A stretch of 64,000 nt of DNA from Trichoplax sp. H2 (taxonomy: Eukaryota). This document shows positions 51,381 through 62,926 of this stretch, in pieces. Every line of letters begins with the position of its first letter. The first letter of the stretch is position 1. The stretch spans positions 186,001-250,000 of the forward strand of contig NOWV01000026.1 of NCBI GenBank assembly GCA_003344405.1. Direction: 5' to 3'. A program made the translations under genes and the position numbers. Below the pieces are notes generated by a model, which was not told the origin of the DNA, ran no database searches, and saw only the letters and a list, made by a program, of their open reading frames with translations.

Positions 51381-53375
51381 ATGGCTGAAGAACGATTAAA
51401 AAAGCAATTATTTGATGGAATAAGAAATAACGATCTATATAGTATTCAAAAGGCGTTAAATAATGGAGCTAAGATTGATATGACCTTATCACATTCTGAT
51501 AAGAAAGCTGCAGACTATGCGATTGAGCTGGGCAAGGAAGATGCGGTCATGTTGCTGATTGCAAATGGAGCGAAACCAGACATGAATAAGTATCAACAAA
51601 TGCTGCATTATTTTCTCGATAAGTTGGCTATCAACCGTTTAAAAGACATAAAAGAAGCGTTAACAGCGATTGCGAATTATGTAAAACAGAAAGTCTTTCG
51701 GGTAGTGTTCTATGAATCGTGTCTACAAGATAATTTATTAGATAAACTATTTAACATACTGACTTTATACACTGATTCCTGTGGGGCTGATATTTTCTCT
51801 GTATTGGCGTATGCTACTAAAGATACAGATATTTGCGCATTTATTCGTCCGTTAAAGTATTTTGATAAAATTTTTTTCTATGCTACCTGTAAAGATTTCG
51901 CTAAAGAAATGCGAATTCCGGCAATCTTAGCTATCGTAAACTTGAGCATAGATGAAGAAACCGAGATTAAACTAGTTAATGGTAACATTGTTGAAATATT
52001 AACACTGTTACTGACAGAATCGCATACAGTACCATTTTTTACATCTGTAAGTGAACAAAATGAGAGCATTCTAAGAGCTTTATGTGATTTATCTGTCGGT
52101 GAAATTGCTCTGAAGCATTTTGAAGAGGCCGGTATTGTTAACCTTTTGCTTAATACTCTGCAATCAGAACAAAGTTCTATTAAAGTTAAGGAATCCGCTG
52201 TTAAAATTTTATGGAATTATCTATTTCATGACTCCGTTAAACTGCAAGTACAGCGAACGACTGTTATTAACATCTTGCAACAAGTCGAAGAGAAATTCGC
52301 AGATTATGTTGTTTCAGGTTGTTTGGAGGGAGCTTTATGGTTATTGGGTGCGCCTGTTGATATAGAGCCTTACATTCCGTTGACGATATTGGCTAAAAAC
52401 TTGGAAAGTGGCGCAAGTGATGGTCTAATTAGTCATAGCTCACAATTTCAGATATGGATTAGTTATCATCAAAATGATCTTGCAATAGCAATAAAAATCC
52501 GCTCATATTTGAAATATGCTGGATTCCGAGCATTTATTGATATTGATCGAAATACTAATGTTAAAAATGAATTTAACCTAAAATCCATTGCTAAAAATAT
52601 AGATGAATCCAATATTGTTGTTGTATGTCTCTCACACAAATACAAGCAATCTCCATATTGTCACAGCCAGGCTCATTTTGCCGTTCAGAAAAAGAAGAAA
52701 GTTATTCCAATATTATTACAAGCTAATTATAATTTACATGGGTGGCTTGGTGATCTATTCGGTTCTATACCAATATTGGATTTCAGTGACGGGAATGATA
52801 TCGATAATAACATGAAAAGCTTAAAACAAGAAGTGATTCGGAGTAGCGGCGATCGCGATCAATTGTATAAGAATTACGCAGTCAGTAATAGTTCCAGCTT
52901 AAATAGATGGGACTCTGATAGCTCATTACCCCGTGAATACAGTGAGTCTGTGATCACTAATGATGTTAGTGAACGGTCAACCTTCATGCTGACACCAAGC
53001 TCGTCACTTTCTACAGTCACTGCAGTGGATGACGTCCGGTTGAACTATACAAATAAACTTTCGAAATTAGGATCTGTTTATCCTAATGATCGATCATTTA
53101 GAGTATCATCGGCGACATCTAGTGCCCGTAATTACATAGATTGGAATGTTGAAAATGTAGGTCTTTGGTTAAATTCAATCGGACTAGGCTCGTATCGAGA
53201 AATGTTTAGAAATCAACAAGTATGCGGAAGTTCTCTTGAACAATTATTGCGAATAAGTCTAGATCCTATCCACATCGAATACTTACATAGACTCTTGGAA
53301 AGTAAATTAGGAATAGTAAAATTTGGTGATGTTTTAAAATTTATTACAGAATTGCAAAAGTTATCAAGCCGATGA
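51381..53375 (+). CDS. Intronless 664-aa ankyrin-like / ARM-repeat / TIR (TIR_2-type) / SAM domain protein
   Basis: Uninterrupted ORF. It has an ANK-like N-terminus (LFDGIRNND..ALNNGAKID..AADYAIELGKEDAVMLLIANGA) and a Leu-rich helical ARM-like region (ESAVKILWN, EGALWLL). The TIR reads IWISY..AFIDID..VVVCLSHKYKQSPYC..KVIPILL..GWLG. The C-terminal SAM reads WNVENVGLWLNSIGL..MFRNQQVCGSSL..LGIVKFG. Confidence 0.85.
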   Translation: MAEERLKKQLFDGIRNNDLYSIQKALNNGAKIDMTLSHSDKKAADYAIELGKEDAVMLLIANGAKPDMNKYQQMLHYFLDKLAINRLKDIKEALTAIANYVKQKVFRVVFYESCLQDNLLDKLFNILTLYTDSCGADIFSVLAYATKDTDICAFIRPLKYFDKIFFYATCKDFAKEMRIPAILAIVNLSIDEETEIKLVNGNIVEILTLLLTESHTVPFFTSVSEQNESILRALCDLSVGEIALKHFEEAGIVNLLLNTLQSEQSSIKVKESAVKILWNYLFHDSVKLQVQRTTVINILQQVEEKFADYVVSGCLEGALWLLGAPVDIEPYIPLTILAKNLESGASDGLISHSSQFQIWISYHQNDLAIAIKIRSYLKYAGFRAFIDIDRNTNVKNEFNLKSIAKNIDESNIVVVCLSHKYKQSPYCHSQAHFAVQKKKKVIPILLQANYNLHGWLGDLFGSIPILDFSDGNDIDNNMKSLKQEVIRSSGDRDQLYKNYAVSNSSSLNRWDSDSSLPREYSESVITNDVSERSTFMLTPSSSLSTVTAVDDVRLNYTNKLSKLGSVYPNDRSFRVSSATSSARNYIDWNVENVGLWLNSIGLGSYREMFRNQQVCGSSLEQLLRISLDPIHIEYLHRLLESKLGIVKFGDVLKFITELQKLSSR

Positions 53376-54079
53376 TTTGCAATAAAACAAGTCCAAGCCG
53401 CCTAATAGCCTAAAATATCTTTAATGAAGATAATAAATTTTTTGCAAGTCTGTTAATTTAAGTTAATCATGATCGCATGTAATATACAATATATCCGTAA
53501 CCAGCAATGCGGTTTAGCTCATTATCTTACTGTATATGCAGTTAAACTATAGAATAGAGATTGGCCAGTTAATCACTTTAATCAATTTTCAATTTATAAT
53601 ACTGCGTACTTAAACATTTGTTTACAGTGAAATTCGCTATCGATATAAAATTGATTTGAAACAGTGGCTTAATTTCTGTTTGCTATTCGAATATAATTGT
53701 TCTTGTGGTCCAGCTAAACTGCCTTATTGCGGTTTTTTATACATTTACATCACTTTTGCGGAAATAATTTCACATTTGCTCAATAGCAACCCTAGCCAGG
53801 AATCCATTCAGTTTCTGGAACAATGTTTTTTGAAGTCATTATCTCTATACTATCCTTTGGGAATATAACCATTATGCAATTAATACAAACTAACGAATCA
53901 AGAGCATTATGTTGCGGATATGTAAGATTAAATAACAATTGTTAATGCTATAAAATAGCATACAAGGGATAGTCGAATTTAATTTATAGGTATTTTAAAA
54001 GCAGTAAGATATTGCAGTCGTAACATGATTTATTAGATTAGATATAGCGCTATAAGTATTTACATTATATTTTATATGT

Positions 54080-57000
54080 CTATTTAAGTACTGAGAATAA
54101 AATTATTAAAATTATTAAAATTATAATTAACACAATAAGGATGCAGGTTTGTTTCTTGTCTACGAAAAAAGAAAGCAAATAAGGATTTTCTGGCAGCTAT
54201 CTAAGTAACTATTAAAAATTTATGTAGTGCTTCATCATGTTCTTACCGCCGGATAATTTTAATACTTTTTCAATTTTAATTAACGATCTATCTAATCGGG
54301 ATTTAGTGTCGGTCATTTCTTGATCAAAGTCCTCCAAAAGACTGTTGTTGATCGAATGTTGAAAAATTTTATGTTAGGAATACGCGTACATTTACAAACG
54401 TACCAAGTTGCTCTCTGTTGAACCTATAAATTGACTTACGCAGCTTGCTCAGTTAGTTCACCATCGATGTGCTGGCCCATCTGCTTCAGGACTCCAACAC
54501 TTTTGCTAATCATTTCAATTTGATCATCTTGTTGTCTAAATAATTGCTGAAGTATTATTGATCATGATCAGAGACTACCTTCCTTTGTTCATCATAAAAT
54601 AATCGTAATTTAAGTGTTATAGAACCTGCTGCTGTTTTTGATTTTCTTCTATGAAATTTTGATTTGATTGCTCAATTTCCTTATCTAGTCGGGTGTATCT
54701 ATCTTGATGCCTACCTTTACTACCGAGCAAAGCCTAACAATATTTCAAGAAGCACTTAAAAATAAATCACTATTGAGAAAGTGAAAATTAACTACGACTC
54801 CACCTCTCTTTCATGTTTTTCCTTTTTGGCTCTTCTAGATGTACTTGTTAACTCTTCCTTTATTTCCTATTCAAAGATAATAAATACAAAAATGAGTGCT
54901 TTAAAATGATTCAAGCTTATTGAAGTTGAGATATGCATATCAGTAATAGCTACAGTATTACATACCTTAATGGTTTTCTTCGTTCGCGAGATAAAGGATT
55001 TCCTTTCGTTTATCTCTAAATCATCTATTCTAAACTTACTTGGATTCGATTCTACTATAGGTACAGTCAGGTTAAGGATAATAGTGTACGTATATATATA
55101 TACAATTCTACAATAGAGATATTACATGCGCTTATCTACGGCTTATTTAACCCTAATGGCATATTCGACTTAAAATCTATTGTCATTTGATTATGAAAAG
55201 TATAAAAGTATGGGATATTAATAGTCTCTTCAAGATCTTCTAAATCCCATTCCATGCTTCTAATATTATTCTTTAATTCATTGGTTGTCCAAGTAAAGTC
55301 TTCTTTGCTGGTATTTCGACCATCCTCTGAAAGTTCACGCCATTTTTTATGCAGAACAGTGGTGTTATTTAAATTCTTTTGTACTTCCCTAGATCACAAC
55401 AGATGTAATACAACAACTAAAAAATGATATTATACATTTATGTTATCATACTGTAGTAAAGGAAAATTTTACATTTACTAGTATTACGATTTACTATAAG
55501 TGCTCGAATTAGCAATAGTACCACAACAACACGTTGTAACGTAAGTTGTGATTTTCGATGGGATACTTTCATAATCTATCACTGATCTTTTCCGATAAAG
55601 CGATTGATTTCTTAATCACTAATACCGTAATTTAAGACTTGTGGTCTATAAATTTACAAGTAGAGATTGCTTGCTCGATACTCTGTTGTTCTACAGGACT
55701 AAACAGTAACTACACGTACTATCAATGTTCATGAGTGATGTATGCTCAGTAATGCTCCCGATTGAGCAGCCCAATGTATATGAATAGTATTATAGTTCGC
55801 TGCGAAATACGGCACAGTAACAGCCCTAAGCAAATACGAAAAACATTTACAAAACCGCTACGGCATAAATAAATTACGTTATTAAATGTATAGGTTACTA
55901 TTGTATAGTACAGCTTACTATAAACCAGACTGCATCACTTTTTACATAGTGTGCAATGAGTAGGGTGTCAGTGTGACTGGTTTCCAGTCTTTCCAAACGG
56001 CATCGATTAATTATTGATCAATATTTTTCTTTCATGAACTGTTATTTCTAGTTATTACATTAGAGAATACTTTATAATCAACCAGGTAACATCACCATCT
56101 TAGGTCAGGCCGTCACAATTTATTATATGCTGTATATTGTATTACATACTGTACTTTCATATGTAAGAAAAGCTTTAAATTTTAAACCTCCAGCTACGTG
56201 CATGTCTGGCAACTATAATCGTAAGCAATCCAATCGATCGATTATTGTATAGTAGATCATGCTTAAACTTCATGTAAATAGGTCTACAGCCTTCGTTTAC
56301 ATTCGTAAAACGCAATCTACAGTACGTTCTATACACGCAGCAGCTATAGCCTACAGTATAACTTAGCACTAATAAATGCCTACTCCTTCGTGAAATTCGA
56401 GTTGCAATATGTAGTGTATTATACTGTATGTAAGAGTACTGTACATTATATCATGCAATTACTATCAAGTATTCTTTCAAAGAAACGATACTAAAAATCT
56501 CCATTTTCTTATTTTTGAAAGTGTTAAATCAATCTCTGCTATACCGTACAGTACAGTAATTATTTAATTACTGAACCCATAAATGTACTCAGTTTACTGT
56601 ACCGTACGGTACCACGTCTAGTATTGTACAATACACCTCTAGGTAGTAACTAGCACACTGTATTATTAAGTACTGTACACTGTAATGAATCTAACAACAG
56701 GAGTACAGAACTAAAAAAATGAATTTGCCAAATCTCAAGTCACTGTTGCTATAACTTAATTTACATGTACGCCTAAAATTGATTAGGTATGTTATCTTCA
56801 CTTACTGTACGAGTTAACATATTTTCGTAGATAGTAGATAGTATACTCGTGTGTCTGGTAAATCTACAATAGTAATCCATGCTACTGTACATGTACAGTA
56901 GTGTACTGTATTTTGAAAAGGATTGCATTCGATTTACTGTACTGTACTGTACTGTACTTTGTGAAATGATGAGAAGTTACTGCATTTGCGATGCTAGCCA

Positions 57001-57552
57001 TCAGTGATGGTTTGATATAGGCTAATAACGGTATATCTTAAGGCAGTATCTATGACTGTGATAGGTGAAGGAAGCTGTTACTAGCAGTCTTAACTTCCGG
57101 TAGAATATGATAGTTTTAATATTCATGTATAATAGTTATATAATCATTATGAATTAGATGGAGCAATAAAAGCTAAAAGCTATTGCTGCAGTATACGTAC
57201 TATATAGTGGCAGCAATGGACATGATAACCGTACTGAATTTATGATAGAGTATATCGTACAGTATAAAGGAAATTCGCTGCTAGTATCAAGTAATGCTAT
57301 TAAGCAATTTATATGGTATTTTAACATCAATACCGACATCTTCAGTAGCTAAAATGGTCTACGAAACCCAATATTAGAAATCATTAAAGAGTATAATTAT
57401 ACTTACAGTATTTTACGATCGAAAGGTAAAATCTAATTTCAACTTAATACTGACAAATCTCGAGCATTCTTAAAGATGATAGTACATTCATGCTCACATA
57501 CTTCGAATTCTACTTACGTTTTAACGACGAAAAACGGATCTTCTATCGACAT
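54080..57552 (-). CDS. STX6: Syntaxin-6 (Qc-SNARE, Tlg1 family), 8 exons, one U12-type intron
   Basis: Exon 1 is 57552-57518 (MSIEDPFFVVK). Exon 2 is 55388-55219 (EVQK..WTTNELKNNIRSMEWDLEDLEETI). Then IVESNPSKF, the SNARE motif QQDDQIEMISKSVGVLKQMGQHIDGELTEQA, and the C-terminal TM ILIVLIIILIILIILFSVLK. Stop TAG at 54082-54080. Confidence 0.95.
55061..55218 (-). other. U12-type (minor spliceosome) AT-AC intron in STX6
   Basis: 5' end ATATCCCA at 55218, branch point TCCTTAAC at 55078-55071, terminal AC at 55062-55061. Splicing restores LEETI-T-IVESNP. Confidence 0.9.
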
Positions 57553-57774
57553 AATGCTGCCAAGTTGAATGATTTATTATTTAATAATAATTATAATAAT
57601 TGATATACAGTACTACTACACTATTAGCGTAACTAATGGATAGAATTTATTTTACTTTATTTAACCGTAATGTAAAACTGCAAACACTCTGTGATCATAT
57701 ACTGCAGGGACTACTGTTATAACTATAGGTAAGTACTGATCTAAAGGCGAAATCAGACTCACTAACAAAACATA

Positions 57775-58690
57775 CAGTATACAGTACTACAAGTTAAATT
57801 ATAAAAATTATACACGCTTCCATTGTAGTAGTACTGTACAGTACAGAGTACAGTATACACAGTGAGTCAGTCGCATATGTTATCGATATATCACTTTTCG
57901 GCTGCCATCTGCACGAAACATTAACAGCAACAGTATTTCCAATATCAATGCAGTCGTACTGGAGTGTGCTGTACTGTACAGTATAATGTACTGTACTGTA
58001 CAGTACTGTACGCTTATTTACAGTACACAGTACGTACTGTACAGTACAGCCAAAGTACAGTACAGTACAGTACAGTAAAACGAGAAAGAGAAAGGGGATC
58101 TTCTCCAAGTATTGTAAGGTCGTGTGTAAAAACTTTGCCAACTACTGTACGGTACGAATCACAGGTTCTCTGTACACTACAGTAGTACAGTACAGTATGA
58201 TGTCATACCTAATCACATCCAGTACTGTACATGCGCAATGAGTCACTAGATTCTACAGTACATTCTACTGTAATGTACACTCACACAGTGCACGGTATGA
58301 CAGCAGTTCTTGGTCTGATTAGCAGAGCTATCGTTATTATGACTTCTCTGATTAATTATATAATTGCTGTAATGAGACTAATGTTGTAGACATAAGATTA
58401 GGTAACGTAGTCGATAAAATTAGCCTTATTTTAGATTTTACCAATCTGTAAGTTATAGCTATACGCTCTAGGGAGCAAAATTACTTCCTGTAATATTGGA
58501 CGTTTTGCTTATACTGTACTGTACTGTAAATCTGATACAGTACTGTACAGTACAGTGTACAGTACAGTATAATACTGTACAGTACTGTACTGTACACTGT
58601 AGTGTACTGTGCAGTGTGCAGTAGTGATTAAGTTACACAAGATTGTAAAAGCTATAAGCTATTTCGGAATACTGTACAGTATTACTGTAG
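57775..58690. repeat. TACAG/CTGTA low-complexity patch in the STX6/ZZZ3 divergent promoter region
   Basis: Dense (TACAG)n, (ACTGT)n and TACTGTACAGTA units between the head-to-head genes. Confidence 0.85.
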
Positions 58691-58968
58691 GTTGCAATGA
58701 CAACTGGAAAGAAAACCTGATTTCCATCTCTGTTCATCAAAATAAAGTAGAGGTGTAGCAACGAATCACTTTCACTACCAATCATTTGCTAAAGGTAATC
58801 AATGATACTTCCAATAACATGCATGATACGTATAATTAATTAATTGGAAATTGTACTGAATTGGATATGTTAAATAAATTAAATTTACTTGAAGACATGC
58901 GAAGAGAATATCATACCTATACGTAATTTTGAGCTAAAATTACAAGCAGTGGTGCAGCAGTGGTAGGT

Positions 58969-61900
58969 ATGATTGCACAAAGAGGAGATCGGTTTTGTCC
59001 AGATAAAAGTATAGACCATAAATTAAACAAACTTGGTGACACTGATTCAAGCATGATTGCAAACAATTCATCTCATGATAATCTCCCAGCTTCAACAAGT
59101 GGTAACTCACTTGCAGATGATATACGAGTATACAATACTAAAGGGCAAGAATTAGAATTAGCGTATCTTGAATCTCAGGATGATGATGGCAGTAACGATA
59201 ACGATGATGGACTGATTATTGATGTTGGAGGTGCTGAAGATGAGAAATTTCATTTAGACAATGAAAATCAAACGAAATCAATACAGAATTATGATCATGG
59301 AAGTGATGTTGGGATTAAACGGGACTATGAACAACTTCTCGGGAATTGTAATGAGTGTTCGTTATCTTTACTGGGAGCATGTTACGATAAGATGGAAGAA
59401 AAAGACAAGCACTATGACGTTGACATTGAAGGCCGATTCTTTTATGAATCTGATCACTTAGCGTTGAAAAATAACGAAGAGTAAGTAGAAATGCGAACAG
59501 AAAACGATCATGCGCCAGTGATGATTTAGACGAAAGGTGTCTTTTGTTATTATGCTATATAGATTATACTTAGTTGCTGTAACAATAATATTGTACATAC
59601 GCGTAATTACAAAGTGATCGAACATCTCCATACGGAATTTCTAGAAATTGATAATACGATACACGGTTGAAAACTAGCACTATAATTTGTAATGATCAAC
59701 AGTTTAAAATTACATGTGTTAACAATAGATAATTACTGGAATTTTTAACCAGCACCTCAAGACAGTTGCATTTATGAAACGTGCTATACGAATTATATGC
59801 ATGCTTCTTAGGTATTGCCCTAAGCCGTTAAATCTTATTTTGAACGTATGAATGTTATGAATCTGGATATTATTACGTATTCTTAGTATCAGTTAAAAAT
59901 TCGTACATATTTTCGTATCTTTTCTAGCTACCAATTATTACTTCGTACACTTGCTATTTTAGAATCTCAAAGGGCGCAGGCATGTCAGGTAAATGATGTA
60001 GCATTGAATATATCGGATGATACTGTTATATTGAGCTACGCTATATTGTTATTGTAATACATTGAATTATAATTATAAATATAATATGATCATTTCATAT
60101 TCAGTAAGCATATAAATATTCTGTCCCGTAATTTTTCTTCACGACTGTGTGCTCAAGAGTACTTGCTTACAATTATATAATACGGTAATGTTGATTTACT
60201 TTGAGAAAATTATCTTGAAAGTGCATACAGCGTAATGTAAGATGACATTAGTGATGCCACTCGAGTTGTTTTAGGTATTCTTTAAGTATCCTACAAGGAT
60301 AAATTGTTACTGAAACCCATTCGGTAATTATATATATATTCAGCTTATCTTACGTAAGAATAGGTAGGCTAAGTCAGAGACTACCCATAAAGTATAAAGC
60401 TTACTTTTATCAAGTAGTCTCGGTTAAGTTGGCTATATTCATAGTTTATTACCTGTGAATGACTGATTACAGCATTTTAAGCTGCGACTGATACTGTCCT
60501 ATAAAGTAATTAAGATTGAATCAAAATTAAAGTGTTTATTATTGATTTAATAGGATATTTGCGAATTAATTAAAATTAGAAAAGATGCTCTCAATGATCC
60601 CGTTGCGTTCGTGAAGAAATTACAAATGGATGTAAGTGTATTATATATGTATTGTTCATTGCACTCTGTTTGCTGTGTTATAATAAAAATTAATGACACC
60701 GAAAATGTATGCTGATAAGCTATTGGGATCTAGCTGACAGCATTACAATTTCGTGGTGATAAGAAGTTGTTATCGTTCTTCTTATATATTTTTGTCGCTT
60801 AAATTAACTATTTGAGTAGAAAGACCTTGGTATGCCGCGGTTGCAAGCTGTATTGCAAATTCCTACTATTAAGTGGGACGAATATACGAAGGCTTTATCG
60901 ACTCTAAGTCAAAGCGAGAACGATAGATTACTTAAGCGCCATTCAGCTCGATCCACACCGCTAAAAGGTAAAGGTTCTTGTATAGTATCTAACCGCTAAT
61001 TTACTAAATTGATAAAAGAATACATAGCACTCTATCCCTAATTTAATTGTAATAACTTTTATATAATTAATTTAAAATCCCTGAATACAATATTTCATAT
61101 TGAAGAGTGATATGATGCAATTTTAATCCCCATCTATTTATCTTATTTGATGAATCTAGATCACAATCTGCAACCGTTGATCGATGCTAGTCAACCAGAG
61201 TTGTCTTCGAATGCCTATAAAGAGTGTGTGAATATTCTGAATAAGAACAATTAGTAGCTTTATGTCATGCTTAAATTGTTTATAATATTAGGTTGTCATC
61301 TTCTGATTCGTCGCTTCTCCCGAGATATATGGTATTTATAATTGTGATATTTGTGTTGATGAATATCGGTATCTGAGAAGTAACAGAGATTTAGATAATT
61401 TTACAATTGTTTGCATCTATTATGCAGTATCCTATAGCTGGTGCGATCGTGAGGGGGCGAATTTATGATGAAACGAAACCCTCTTCTTTTAATCAGTTAT
61501 GGTCTCCAGAGGAACAAGTTAGTATTTAATGCTTTCCATTATCTGATTTATGTCAACTAAATTAAAAAAGTGTGATGGTCTGATTTATCGTATATATAGT
61601 ATGTGATGGTAATGATTTCTTTAGTTAAGACTAGAGAAACTTCTTGAAGTATTTCCAAGTGAAGAAATTGAATCTAGACGATGGGAAAAAATTGCAAATG
61701 CTCTCGGAAATAGAACACCAAAACAGGTTGGTATATATCGGATCGATGCTAAAGATATACAAGTGCTCCACTATCTTAGGCCTACATCAATAATTAGGAT
61801 ATGATTATATGAACGTATTTCTTTGTCATGACCTGTATTAACTAGTAGTTGCAGATATGTTGCCTTTTTCGTAAAATCTACATTCATATTATCAAAAGGA

Positions 61901-62926
61901 TTATGATCAAGATGAATTGTGTAAGTTAAAATGGTGTTTTTTAAAATGACGGAAAATAGGTTGCAAGTCGAGTTCAAAAATACTTTATTAGATTAGCTAA
62001 GCTTGGCTTACCCATACCTGGGCGAGTACCGAATATGCCATTTTATAAGAAGGTAAATTTGTGACTAAAGTTATATCCTATGAATTTATTAGCCTATTAC
62101 TTGCGCTACTGACTAAGCCTGACACTTGGAATGTCGTAGGGGACAAAAAAATTAACCGATAATCCGGCTAATTACCAACCTTTCTGTCGACCATCTGTTT
62201 ATATGGCGGAAAATGATAAAGACATTAGTTGCAGCGCAGATTCTAAGCGTTCATTATCCACAAGTGAAACTGTATCTGTTAGTTGATACTTAGTTTTTGT
62301 ATTATGTAATAGCTAATCTCGTGCTGTATGCATTTAACAACGTCTACTAATTCTTAGGATGATGAAGAAATCGACTTTACCCTGAAAAATAGTGACGAGT
62401 ACAAACAATTAATCAGGTTAAAGAAAATTAAGAAGATGCAAACTACTGTTAGAAAAGTACAACATCATGGATATCAGGTAATTCTATACATTATTCGTAC
62501 ACCATTGCAATGTGGGTGTTAACGAAGCTGCGATTTGATCACTAGAAGAATTTAATGATATTGTTTCTAGTGTGATCGCTGTGGGATGGAGCCCATTTTA
62601 GGACCTAGGTTTCACTGTAAAGATTGTCCAGCTGACGATTCCGTTGACTTTTGTAAAGACTGTGTTATTAGGTATAAAATTTCTCTTCAGATTATCTTTG
62701 CATTAATTAATTTACTTATTCGATGATTTTCGTACTTCAAACATTATTTAGTCCTATGGAAATCAGATTGCATAAACTAAATCATGAATTGCAAGTGTTC
62801 AATCGCCCGTTCTATGTTGACGACGATTATATTGGATATACTGGAGGAAGTGGACATGTTGAACAATCAACCGGATACACTACAGGCTATAGTTACTTAG
62901 ATCCAAATTATATACCAAATGATTAG
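58969..62926 (+). CDS. ZZZ3: ZZ-type zinc finger-containing protein 3 (ATAC complex; Myb/SANT plus ZZ), multi-exon; start codon tentative
   Basis: Motifs: [88 protein letters not shown], the ZZ finger [30 protein letters not shown], and C-terminal [10 protein letters not shown]. Stop codon at 62926. Confidence 0.92.

Noticed and set aside
51878..52815. Short alternative-frame and antisense ORFs inside the TIR gene
   Set aside because: They are nested within the 664-aa ORF and have no independent coding signal.
57794..58185. ORFs 57794-58141 (-) and 57964-58185 (+)
   Set aside because: Same repeat-derived artefact, here in the STX6/ZZZ3 promoter patch.
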